A stretch of 48,146 nucleotides of DNA, from NCBI GenBank assembly GCA_964529945.1, contig CAZHBM010000001.1, positions 1-48,146 on the forward strand. Reading direction: 5' to 3'. Each line of letters begins with the position of its first letter. The first letter of the stretch is position 1. The stretch comes from an uncultured Anaerolineales bacterium (GTDB lineage: Bacteria > Chloroflexota > Anaerolineae > 4572-78 > NAK82). Below are positions 26,975-35,508 of the stretch, piece by piece. Below the pieces are notes generated by a model. That model saw nothing but the letters and a program-made list of their open reading frames with translations. It searched no databases and was not told the DNA's origin. A program made the position numbers and the translations under genes.

Positions 26975-29194
26975 ATGACTCTTACCAAGAGAGATACGCG
27001 AAACAACCAAGGCTTGGGCAGTGACAACCGGCAGAGTCCGTGGCATGCGGACCTCCGCCTGGCCTTGCTGGGCATCCTGTTCGTCGCCCTGAGCAGCCTG
27101 ATTCTGGTCGTCCAGGTGCTACCGGTCAACGAACTGGAGCAACTGCAGGTAGGCGACGTGGCGCCCACCAACGTGCTGGCCCCCAAGCGTGTCACCTACG
27201 TCAGCGACGTGGAGACAGAGGCCAGCCGTGATCGGGCCGAAGCCGCTGTGCCCCAGACCTACGACCTTCCCGACGCACGCATCGCCCGGCAGCAGATCGC
27301 CCGGGCGCGCCAAATCCTCGACTATTTCGATTCGGTGCGGGCCGACAATTACGCCACGCTGGAGGAAAAGAAGGAGTTGATCGGTGCTGTCAACGACCTG
27401 GTACTGACCGACGAGATCATCAGCCGGCTGTTGACCATAAGCGATGAGACCTGGGGAGTCGTCAAAACGGAGACCATCTCGGTACTCGATCAGGCCAGGC
27501 GGGCCGAAATCCGCGCCAAGCAGCTCGCCTCAACCCGGCGCCGTCTGCCGACCTTGCTCGGCCTTGAGGTCAGCGACGAAGCCGCCACCGTCGTGGTGGC
27601 CATTGTCGAGGATTTGATCAAGCCCAACACCTTTGTCAACGAACAACGGACCAACGAAGAACGACAGCTGGCCCGTGACAGTGTACAACCGGTCACCGTC
27701 ACCATCGAGCGTAACGAAAGCGTTCTGCGCGCCGGTGACGTCGTGCGGCCGGAGGACATTGAGGCGTTGCAGGCCCTCGGGTTGCGCCAGCCGGTATCAA
27801 ACTCTCTGGATATCTTGATCACATCGGCCTATATGGTCGTTGTCGGCCTGTTGTTGGGCCTGTATATGCTGCGCTTCAAGCCGCACTTGTTGCGCCAGGG
27901 GCGCTATACCTGGCTGGTATTCTGGCTGCTGATCATATATATCTGCCTGATCAGGTTTATGGTGCCGGGGCATACCCTGCTGCCCTACCTCGTGCCGACC
28001 GCCGCCCTGTCCATCACCCTTGCCGCCCTGGTTGACGCCAATTTTGGCATTATGGTGACCGTATTGTTGGGTCTGACAGCCGGCTACGTCGGCGGCGGCT
28101 CAATGGAGCTGACCGTCTATGCCATCGTCGGTGGCATGGTCGGTATCTTCGGGCTGGGTCGCGTTGAGCGCGTCAGCCGCCTTCTTTGGACCGGCGGCTA
28201 CGTCGCTCTGGCCAACATTGCCGTGGTGATGATGTTCAACGTCGGCGATGCAAACCTGGACCCAATGGGGCTGCTACAATTGGGGGCGGCCGCCATCGGC
28301 AACGGCGCTCTGTCCGCCAGCCTGACCCTGATCATATTCTTCCTGGTCGGGTACCTGTTGGGCATTGCTACCTCTCTGCAGCTAACGGATTTGGCCCGTC
28401 CCACCCAACCGCTCCTGCGCCAGCTCTTGCTGCGGGCGCCGGGCACCTACCATCATAGCCTGATGGTCAGCAACCTGGCCGAACAGGCTGCCGAGCGCAT
28501 CGGTGCCAATAACCTGCTTACCCGCGTCGGCGCTTACTACCACGACGTGGGCAAGATGTTGCGACCCTACTTCTTCGTCGAGAATCAAGTGCCCGGCCAC
28601 AACGTCCAGGACCGGCTCGATCCCTATACCAGCATGCAGATCATTGTCAGTCACGTCGCCGACGGCATGAAACTGGCTAAGAAGTACCATCTGCCGCACG
28701 ACGTCGCGGCCTTCATCACCGAGCATCAGGGCACCGGCGTGGTCAAATATTTCTATCGTGAGGCCATCGATCAGGCGGGCGGCGATGCCTCGCTGGTCAA
28801 CAAGGACGATTTTCGTTATCCCGGCCCCAAGCCGCAGAGCAAAGAAACCGCCATTGTGATGCTGGCCGACAGTTGCGAAGCCGCCGTGCGTGCCTCGTCG
28901 CCCGATTCGGCGGAAGAGATTGAAAAAGTGGTGCGCGGCATCATCGTCGACAAGATCACCTCCGGAGAATTGGACGAATGCGACCTGAACATGCGCGACC
29001 TGGCCGAAATTCGCGATGCGTTCGTCCAAATGCTGAAAGGGGTCTTTCATCCTCGCATCCGCTATCCCAAGGAGGTTGAAGACCAACTGGAGACCGCCCA
29101 GCCCCAGGCCGAGCCGGTAGCGCAGTTACCGGGCGCTGAAACCGGCCAACATTCGGAGAGTGTCGACGCACGAGAACAAGAAACAGGAGATTGA
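26975..29194 (+). CDS. pgpH: 7TM-HD membrane phosphohydrolase (PgpH/YqfF family, cyclic-di-AMP phosphodiesterase type)
   Basis: 739 aa with an N-terminal TM and extracytoplasmic domain, then 7 TM helices. The HD domain reads HHSLMVSNLAEQAAERIGAN...AYYHDVGK...HV..G. Confidence 0.85.
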   Translation: MTLTKRDTRNNQGLGSDNRQSPWHADLRLALLGILFVALSSLILVVQVLPVNELEQLQVGDVAPTNVLAPKRVTYVSDVETEASRDRAEAAVPQTYDLPDARIARQQIARARQILDYFDSVRADNYATLEEKKELIGAVNDLVLTDEIISRLLTISDETWGVVKTETISVLDQARRAEIRAKQLASTRRRLPTLLGLEVSDEAATVVVAIVEDLIKPNTFVNEQRTNEERQLARDSVQPVTVTIERNESVLRAGDVVRPEDIEALQALGLRQPVSNSLDILITSAYMVVVGLLLGLYMLRFKPHLLRQGRYTWLVFWLLIIYICLIRFMVPGHTLLPYLVPTAALSITLAALVDANFGIMVTVLLGLTAGYVGGGSMELTVYAIVGGMVGIFGLGRVERVSRLLWTGGYVALANIAVVMMFNVGDANLDPMGLLQLGAAAIGNGALSASLTLIIFFLVGYLLGIATSLQLTDLARPTQPLLRQLLLRAPGTYHHSLMVSNLAEQAAERIGANNLLTRVGAYYHDVGKMLRPYFFVENQVPGHNVQDRLDPYTSMQIIVSHVADGMKLAKKYHLPHDVAAFITEHQGTGVVKYFYREAIDQAGGDASLVNKDDFRYPGPKPQSKETAIVMLADSCEAAVRASSPDSAEEIEKVVRGIIVDKITSGELDECDLNMRDLAEIRDAFVQMLKGVFHPRIRYPKEVEDQLETAQPQAEPVAQLPGAETGQHSESVDAREQETGD

Positions 29195-29368
29195 CCGGTA
29201 ACAAAAACCAACGTAATATCCGAAAAGGTAGCTTTTTCTCTGGCGCTCCGTAGCGCCTAACCCGATTAGCATCAGTGTCGCATTTTTGGTGACTATCACG
29301 TTGGTGTCCCAGGCATCGACGTGCCCTAGCGATGGGGATTCACCCAGCCAAAACAAAAGGAGCATCTT

Positions 29369-30001
29369 ATGAATGATCAGACCATGATGTCATCCGGCTG
29401 GTCGCCGGCCAGGCTAATCGTTCGCCAGGGCGCCCAATTGAATGAGGTCTTTGAGTTGCCCCAGGCCACCGTCACCATTGGTCGAGAGTCTGGGCTGGAC
29501 GTCTCCATCCGTGACCCCGAAATGTCCCGCCGCCACGCGCAGGTCAAATGGCAGGCCGGAGGCTACGTGCTGGAGGATTTGGGCAGCACCAACGGCACAA
29601 CGGTGAATGGCGTCCGGGTGACCGGCGCACACAGCCTGGCATCCGGCGACGAGATCGGCGTCGGCCACACGGTGCTCGAGTTTGTGTGGCAGCCGAGCGC
29701 ACAACAAGCCGCCCCACCGCGATATTCCGAGCCGGACACGTACCAGGTTCCGGCCATGCCGGCCCCACCGCCACCGCAAGTGCCACCGGCGGCCGCGCCA
29801 CCGGCACCGGCCGAGAAGGGCAAAAGCAACTGCCTGCTGATTGGCTGTGGCTGCCTGGTCCTACTCGGGCTGCTGGCGCTGGTTCTGGTCGCCCTGGCCA
29901 TGTTTGTCATTCCCGAGCAGTTGCAGCCCATTCTGGACGAAAACGGTATCCCCATCCAATTGGTAAAACTGGCGACCCACTCGTTGATCTACCTGGTCTA
30001 A
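29369..30001 (+). CDS. FHA-domain protein with a Pro-rich linker and a C-terminal TM anchor
   Basis: 210 aa. The FHA signature is TIGRESGLDVSIRDPEMSRRHAQV...LEDLGSTNGTTVNG. A PAMPAPPPPQVPPAAAPPAP linker follows, then the hydrophobic CLLIGCGCLVLLGLLALVLVALAMFVI. AAGGAG lies 6 nt upstream of the ATG. Confidence 0.85.
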   Translation: MNDQTMMSSGWSPARLIVRQGAQLNEVFELPQATVTIGRESGLDVSIRDPEMSRRHAQVKWQAGGYVLEDLGSTNGTTVNGVRVTGAHSLASGDEIGVGHTVLEFVWQPSAQQAAPPRYSEPDTYQVPAMPAPPPPQVPPAAAPPAPAEKGKSNCLLIGCGCLVLLGLLALVLVALAMFVIPEQLQPILDENGIPIQLVKLATHSLIYLV

Positions 30002-30012
30002 TTAACAAAAGA

Positions 30013-30045
30013 AGAGGACCGGCGCCTGAAACGTGCCGGTCCTCT
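30013..30045. terminator. Bidirectional terminator hairpin between the convergent FHA gene and comEA
   Basis: An 11-bp stem pairs AGAGGACCGGC (30013-30023) with GCCGGTCCTCT (30035-30045) across an 11-nt loop. The upstream flank is A-rich (aacaaaagaag) and the downstream flank T-rich (gtgttcgtttg). Confidence 0.6.
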
Positions 30046-30089
30046 GTGTTCGTTTGCCCAATTGCCGGGTCACGCGGCCGGCCGCCGGT

Positions 30090-30716
30090 TCACCGGGAAA
30101 CGCGAATGGACTCGCGAATTTTCTGCAAAGTGCCCTCGCCTATTCCCTGCACATGGGTGATTTCCTCGATGGAGCCGAAGGGTCCGTGCACAGTCCGGTA
30201 ATCGACAATGCGCTGCGCCAACTCCGGCCCAATGGCGGATAACGTCTCCAATTCATCCGCCGTGGCCGTGTTAATGTCGATCGTCGGCGAGACATTAACG
30301 CTGGCCGCACCTCGCACCTCACCGCCGCTGATCGGCACCGGAACCGCCTCACTCTGCCCTTGATAAGGAACTGTGATCTGCTGTTGGTCTTGCAGTACCT
30401 GGGCCAGGTTGACACGTTGCAGGTCTCCATCGGCCGTGGCGCCCCCGGCCGCCTCCAATGCATCCTTCACGATGCTCTCCGGCGGCAACTGGTACACGTC
30501 CGGCTTGTTGACCGCTCCGGTCACGTAAACGCGGATCGGCTCGGGCGTCAGGCTGGCAGGCAGCGGCGTGGCCGCTGCGGGCGTAGGAGATGGGGAGACA
30601 ACCTCAACCGGTACCGCAGATGGTTGCCGCAACCAGAAAACAACCGCCCCCAACACGGACAGGTTGATACACGTTACCAGGATATGACCTCTGTTTCGCT
30701 CGATCCAGTCTATCAT
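30090..30716 (-). CDS. comEA: ComEA-family DNA-binding protein (TM anchor plus tandem helix-hairpin-helix)
   Basis: The C-terminus reads DINTATADELETLSAIGPELAQRIVDYRTVHGPFGSIEEITHVQGIGEGTLQKIRE. I took the start as the ATG at 30716 (MIDWIERN...), 7 nt after the dgkA stop. The track start at 30782 overlaps dgkA. Confidence 0.8.
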   Translation of the reverse strand: MIDWIERNRGHILVTCINLSVLGAVVFWLRQPSAVPVEVVSPSPTPAAATPLPASLTPEPIRVYVTGAVNKPDVYQLPPESIVKDALEAAGGATADGDLQRVNLAQVLQDQQQITVPYQGQSEAVPVPISGGEVRGAASVNVSPTIDINTATADELETLSAIGPELAQRIVDYRTVHGPFGSIEEITHVQGIGEGTLQKIRESIRVSR

Positions 30717-30723
30717 TTTGAGC

Positions 30724-31128
30724 TTATGGGAGCCGACTAAGTCTCTCGTAGATCGGAACAACCAGCAACAGGAAGCCCACAATGGCCGCCACCAACGCGG
30801 CCAGCAACACGGCCCCGGCCGCGACGTCTTTGGAGACTTTTGCCAACGGGTGATAATCGCTCGTCACCAGGTCGACAATCGTCTCAGCTACCGTATTGAA
30901 CCACTCTGCCGTTAAGACCAGTCCAATGGTTACCACCAGCAGGGCCCATTCCAACCGGCTGAGACCCAGCCACAGGCCGGCGACCAGCACCACCGCAATC
31001 ATCGCCACATGGATTCTGGCGTTTCTCTGCGTCCGAATCACGTACCAAACGCCGGCAAAGGCGTGTTCGAAGCTGGTGATCAGATCTTCAAACTTCTTCA
31101 TCGCTGTCGCCGGGGTCAATTCCTTCAA
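30724..31128 (-). CDS. dgkA: Diacylglycerol / undecaprenol kinase (DgkA family)
   Basis: It is about 125-134 aa with three TM helices and the conserved segments RNARIH and TAEWFNTVAETIVD. The start is ambiguous between the TTG at 31128 and the ATG at 31101. Both overlap the ybeY 3' end. Confidence 0.85.
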   Translation of the reverse strand: MKELTPATAMKKFEDLITSFEHAFAGVWYVIRTQRNARIHVAMIAVVLVAGLWLGLSRLEWALLVVTIGLVLTAEWFNTVAETIVDLVTSDYHPLAKVSKDVAAGAVLLAALVAAIVGFLLLVVPIYERLSRLP

Positions 31129-31654
31129 GTCCGAGACTCTCGAGAATCTCCGCCTGTCGTCGCCACATCTCGGTCTTGTCCTCGGCCGTGGCGTGATCGT
31201 AGCCCAACAGGTGCAGCACGCCGTGCGTCACCAACAGCGCCAACTCCGCCTCGAGCGGGTGACCGGCCGAATGAGCCTGTCTCTTGGCCTGGGGAAACGA
31301 GATCAGGACGTCTCCCAGGTAGACCAACTGGCTGTCGGGTATGGAAACAAAATCGCTTTCCTGGTCACCAAAGGACAGCACGTCGGTCGTCGCGTCAACG
31401 CCCCGGTAGGTCCGGTTCAATTCGTGGATGACCGCGTCTCCGGCGATGACCAGCGAGAATTCGAGATCACTTTGCCCGTCGCTGCGGTCAACGCCGGCCA
31501 GTGCTTTCTGCAGCGCAAGGCCGCCAACCCGCTGCAACCAATCTTCCGAAACCAGGTCCACGTAGGCTGTCTCCACCTGGACGTGAACCTGGATGCCCGG
31601 CCGGTCTTCGTCTCTGCCGGCACCGGCTGCATCCTCCGGAGGAGAATCAGTCAT
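31088..31654 (-). CDS. ybeY: rRNA maturation endoribonuclease YbeY
   Basis: 188 aa with the zinc motif HGVLHLLGYDH. The ATG overlaps the stop of the upstream FHA/Ig/SH3b gene by 8 nt. Confidence 0.9.
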   Translation of the reverse strand: MTDSPPEDAAGAGRDEDRPGIQVHVQVETAYVDLVSEDWLQRVGGLALQKALAGVDRSDGQSDLEFSLVIAGDAVIHELNRTYRGVDATTDVLSFGDQESDFVSIPDSQLVYLGDVLISFPQAKRQAHSAGHPLEAELALLVTHGVLHLLGYDHATAEDKTEMWRRQAEILESLGLEGIDPGDSDEEV

Positions 31655-33650
31655 AATAGCGTACCGTCAGCCGCGCGCCGCTCCAATTGACGTAGTCGTC
31701 GGCGTTGTTATTGTTGGTCTCGATTTGGAACCGCATTCGCACCGGATAGACCGATTCCTGCGCATCGACGTAAGGCCCGATGCGATTGGTGACGTCGACC
31801 GGCGAAACCAGGCCGGCCGAACCGTCGAAGGTCGCCAACGTCGCCGTAGCCGGCATGGAGTAACTGCCGGAGTTCAACTGGACGGCGGACACCAGATTAA
31901 CCTCTTCAACGTACAGGATGCCCAGGCTGCCGAACGGATTGCCTGTCAGCACGTAATTGCTCAGATCGAGCTTGGCGTCCACGATTCGTTTCCCCTTGAG
32001 CTGGTTCAGGTCGAAACCGAGGAAGGCCCTCAAAGCGCGATTGGTCTGGTCGTCGCCTACCAGAGGTACCATTCGCACCTGCCCGTCCTGGCGCACGGAG
32101 CCGCCGACCACGCCGATGGTGACCGTCTTCTCCGCCCGCATGTTGATGATGACCGTCTTCTCGACCAGGCCGGACGACGTCTCGGCTTTCAGCGCATACA
32201 AGGTCGTGCCAACCGGGCAGGTGTTGCGCGAACCATACGGGCCGGTGACTCCCAAATTGTTGAACTCTCCGCCTGTCAGAAAGGCTGAGGAGACGTTCTC
32301 TATGTGCCACTGCAGCGTAACGCATTGCCCGGGATCGACATTCGTCGTATCCGACCAGAAATCGACCACCGGTCCGGTTGAGACGGTCGGACTCGGCGTG
32401 GGTGTCGGCGTTGCGGCGGTGACCGGCGTGAGCGTCAGCGTGGGCACCGGCGTGTTTGTCGGCGCAACGGTCGCTGTGACCGTGGCAGTCGGCAGCGGCG
32501 GCGCCTCGACCACCGGCACGTCATCGACGTTGTTGGCGCGGGTGAAGGGCGCGTACACCCAGCCTCTCCCGCCGCTGTTGGGCGGATAGACGATCTGCCA
32601 CCACATCCCTTGCGCGTCCTTGCCCGAAATCTGCATCTCGGTGCCCACCGGCAGCAGGTCCAGAACGCCGTAGACCTGGCCCGGGCCTTCGCGCACGTTG
32701 AGATCGTAAGTCGTCACTGCCACAGGCGAACCGCCGGGCGTCGGCTCCGAACTGGTCGGCTCGGGCGTCGGCGTAGGCGTCGCGGGTGGCAGAGGGCCGT
32801 TTTCAACCACCACCATCACCGTCGTCGGTGCACTGGGCACATCCTTGCTGTTGTAGACCTTGACCTCCAGCGTGTAATTGCCGGCGGTGGTCGGCGTCCA
32901 CTCCAGACTCACGGGGAAGGTAGGCTGCCCCTCAGAGACGGCACTCTCTTGCTGGTCCACCAACAGACCGCCTACCCACAGCTCGGCCCGAGTCACACCC
33001 AGCGTGTCGCTGGCAACCGCATTGACGAACACCGTGTCGCCGACCTGCACGCGACTGCCGGCCACCGGCGACTGTATGAAGACGTATGGTGCCGCCGGAG
33101 CGGCTTCTTCGCGCTGTTGAGACAGGAACCAACCGATGCCAATCACCAGCAGCACGACGACGAACAGGCCGGCAATGCCGCCGATTACCAACCAGGGCGT
33201 GGCCGATTCCGGCTCGATGATCTGCCCGACCCGCGTGTCGGCCGAGGCCGGACGCACCGGCCGGATTCCCAACGTATTCGGTGCCGAAAACCCTTCCACC
33301 GAGAAGACAGTGCTTCCAATAGCGATCGTTTCGGTCGGTTGCAGGCTGTGCGGCCCGGTAATACGCCTTCCGTTCACCAACGTCCCGTTGGTGCTTCCCA
33401 GGTCCTCCACCAGAAGTGTATTGCCCTTGCGCGTCAAACGCGCGTGGTTGCGAGACACCTGTGGATCGTCCAGGACCAGGTCGCTGTCCTGGCTGCGTCC
33501 TATGGTCAGAGAATCGCCGGACATCGTGTACGACCTGCCCAGGCCCTCCCCAACTTGCACGCGCAGTCGCACCGGCTGCCTCCCCAGCCCGGAAACTGTC
33601 GTGTCGCTGTGCGGACCCCGAGGCCCCTGGCCCTGCGTGCGATCTTCCAT
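31647..33650 (-). CDS. FHA-domain membrane protein with extracytoplasmic Ig-like and SH3b domains and a C-terminal beta-rich domain
   Basis: The N-terminal FHA reads TIGRSQDSDLVLDDPQVSRNHARL...VEDLGSTNGTLVNG and the TM is WLVIGGIAGLFVVVLLVIGIGWFL. Ig-like repeats follow. The SH3b domain reads YDLNVREGPGQVYGVLDLLPVGTEMQISGKDAQGMWWQIVYPPNSGGRGWVYAPF. I prefer the ATG at 33650 (MEDRTQG...), 9 nt after GAGGAG. The track TTG is at 33671. Confidence 0.8.
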   Translation of the reverse strand: MEDRTQGQGPRGPHSDTTVSGLGRQPVRLRVQVGEGLGRSYTMSGDSLTIGRSQDSDLVLDDPQVSRNHARLTRKGNTLLVEDLGSTNGTLVNGRRITGPHSLQPTETIAIGSTVFSVEGFSAPNTLGIRPVRPASADTRVGQIIEPESATPWLVIGGIAGLFVVVLLVIGIGWFLSQQREEAAPAAPYVFIQSPVAGSRVQVGDTVFVNAVASDTLGVTRAELWVGGLLVDQQESAVSEGQPTFPVSLEWTPTTAGNYTLEVKVYNSKDVPSAPTTVMVVVENGPLPPATPTPTPEPTSSEPTPGGSPVAVTTYDLNVREGPGQVYGVLDLLPVGTEMQISGKDAQGMWWQIVYPPNSGGRGWVYAPFTRANNVDDVPVVEAPPLPTATVTATVAPTNTPVPTLTLTPVTAATPTPTPSPTVSTGPVVDFWSDTTNVDPGQCVTLQWHIENVSSAFLTGGEFNNLGVTGPYGSRNTCPVGTTLYALKAETSSGLVEKTVIINMRAEKTVTIGVVGGSVRQDGQVRMVPLVGDDQTNRALRAFLGFDLNQLKGKRIVDAKLDLSNYVLTGNPFGSLGILYVEEVNLVSAVQLNSGSYSMPATATLATFDGSAGLVSPVDVTNRIGPYVDAQESVYPVRMRFQIETNNNNADDYVNWSGARLTVRYYD

Positions 33651-33746
33651 ACCTGTTTTCTCCTCAACCAAGGTAGATTACGATTTATCCATCCCTCATA
33701 TCAATATACCAAGATACCACGCCGGGCAAGCGCACTCAGGCCGTTT

Positions 33747-35312
33747 TCAGTCGATCAACCGGGCGTCGCGCCAGACCGCCCAATCCTGCCCGGACGATGG
33801 CCCGGCTTCCACCACCAGTATGATGTGGGTGGCGCCGGCAAATGGGTCCAGACCGACGTCTATGTTGCGCAACGTGCCATCGGTGCCGCTGTCGGCAACG
33901 CTGGCCACGACGGTCGGGACCGTCACGCTGCCGCCCGCGGCCAGCACGGAGAACGTCACGTCGCCGCCGGCTCCCTGGAGGAAGCCGACCGTGGCCCGGA
34001 AACGATCGCCGGTCTGAATCGGCCGGGGCAGCGCATACTCGCCGGCAATGTGCCCGTTCGGCACCCATTGCGGGTGCGTCTCGAGCACCCGGGCCGGGCG
34101 CGACCCATCTTCCAGGAATGCATTGTCGCGCCACTTCACGAAACCGCGCGAATCGGTGTCGGAGCCGTTCCACGGCAACACGTTGGCGCCCCAATTGCTG
34201 GTCCAGGCAGCCGACGGCGCACCCGACACAAAGTCCAATATGGTCGTCGGTCCGCTCGGAGGATTGACCGTGATCGTCAGTTGAGCCGTGGTATCACCTT
34301 GAGCATTGTGGGCCACCAACTTGTAGGTGGTGGTGACCGCCGGCGCCAGAGTCTTGTTCCCCGGGGCCACAACACCCTGCACGTTGCCGTCGTAGTGCAG
34401 ATAGGCCGCCTCTGCGTTGGCCAGGTCCCAATACAATGTGACGCTTTCTCCGGCCGTAATGGTGTAACGATCGGCCGTGAAACTGTAGATGACCGGTTTG
34501 CTGCTCGGCGGCGGAGGCGGCGGTCCTGCCGTTTCGGTCGGCAGCGGAGAGGTCGGTGTGCTGGTAGGAAATGCCGTCGCCGGTAGCGGAGGCGTTTCCA
34601 CGACCGGCACGCCTTCGGTACGCACGGCGGTCGAATACTTGGCGTTGGCCGAAACCCATGCCCGTCCACCGCTTCCGGCCGGATAGACAATCTGCCACCA
34701 ACTGCCGTCCGCGTTCTTGCCGGCGATTTGGGCCGACTCTCCGGCCCGCAAACCGCCGACCGCTTCGTAATCAATCCCCGGACCGCTGCGGACGTTCAGC
34801 CCAACCGACGCCGTCACCATCGCTCCGGAAGATACCTGATCGGTCGCAGCCGGCCCACCGCCGGGCGAGGTCGGCGTGGCACCGCCCGTTGCCCCGGGTG
34901 TGCCCGGGCCGGGAATCTCACCCACCGAAACGGTGACCCGCGCCGGGTCGCTGACTCGACTATCCACATCGTAGGCCCTGACCTCGACGATGTGCGTACC
35001 GACCACGCCCGGAACCCACGGCTGGCTGGCCGTATAGGATGTCACCGGTGGATCGATGGCCTGGCTGTGGACCAACGTTCCATCCACCCACAACTCTACC
35101 CGGTTGATCCCCTTGACGTCATTGGTCGCCGAAACGGACTGGACGACGACTTCCTGCCCCGGAGAAAACACCACGCCCGGTTGTGGGTAGGTGATCACCA
35201 CCGTGGGCTTGGGCTGGCCAACCCCGCCAATGCTGCAGGCCAATACGCCTACGATCAAGAGTCCGGCAACCGTCAAGGTTATCAATCGTCTGGATACGCC
35301 GTCGTTCATCAT
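33747..35312 (-). CDS. Membrane-anchored Ig-like/SH3b surface protein, a paralog of the ectodomain of the downstream FHA protein
   Basis: It has a TM (LITLTVAGLLIVGVLACS), an Ig-like domain and an SH3b domain (VGLNVRSGPGIDYEAVGGLRAGESAQIAGKNADGSWWQIVYPAGSGGRAWVSANAKY). A second Ig-like domain is shared with the neighbour. I prefer the ATG at 35312 after AGGGGG. The track start is 35354. Confidence 0.75.
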   Translation of the reverse strand: MMNDGVSRRLITLTVAGLLIVGVLACSIGGVGQPKPTVVITYPQPGVVFSPGQEVVVQSVSATNDVKGINRVELWVDGTLVHSQAIDPPVTSYTASQPWVPGVVGTHIVEVRAYDVDSRVSDPARVTVSVGEIPGPGTPGATGGATPTSPGGGPAATDQVSSGAMVTASVGLNVRSGPGIDYEAVGGLRAGESAQIAGKNADGSWWQIVYPAGSGGRAWVSANAKYSTAVRTEGVPVVETPPLPATAFPTSTPTSPLPTETAGPPPPPPSSKPVIYSFTADRYTITAGESVTLYWDLANAEAAYLHYDGNVQGVVAPGNKTLAPAVTTTYKLVAHNAQGDTTAQLTITVNPPSGPTTILDFVSGAPSAAWTSNWGANVLPWNGSDTDSRGFVKWRDNAFLEDGSRPARVLETHPQWVPNGHIAGEYALPRPIQTGDRFRATVGFLQGAGGDVTFSVLAAGGSVTVPTVVASVADSGTDGTLRNIDVGLDPFAGATHIILVVEAGPSSGQDWAVWRDARLID

Positions 35313-35486
35313 TATCCCCCTTACAGCGTCGGAGAGCTGCAGTCTTACGGTCACTAATCACACACTCAACAGAGTTTGTAATCAGCCAACACCATCCCCA
35401 GTTCCCGCCAGGGATTCAAACGAAACCATCCACCAAACTATCCAACCAGGCAATTCAGGCCATCTTATGTAATATTCTTAAACCCT

Positions 35487-35495
35487 ATTATAGCA
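35487..35495 (-). promoter_or_regulatory. Extended -10 element TGcTATAAT upstream of the Ig/SH3b-FHA-ybeY operon
   Basis: The minus strand reads ccaTGcTATAATagggt, with the -10 at 35492-35487. There is no convincing -35. If used, it implies a 5' leader of about 170 nt. Confidence 0.35.
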
Positions 35496-35508
35496 TGGTT
35501 TTTGCCCA

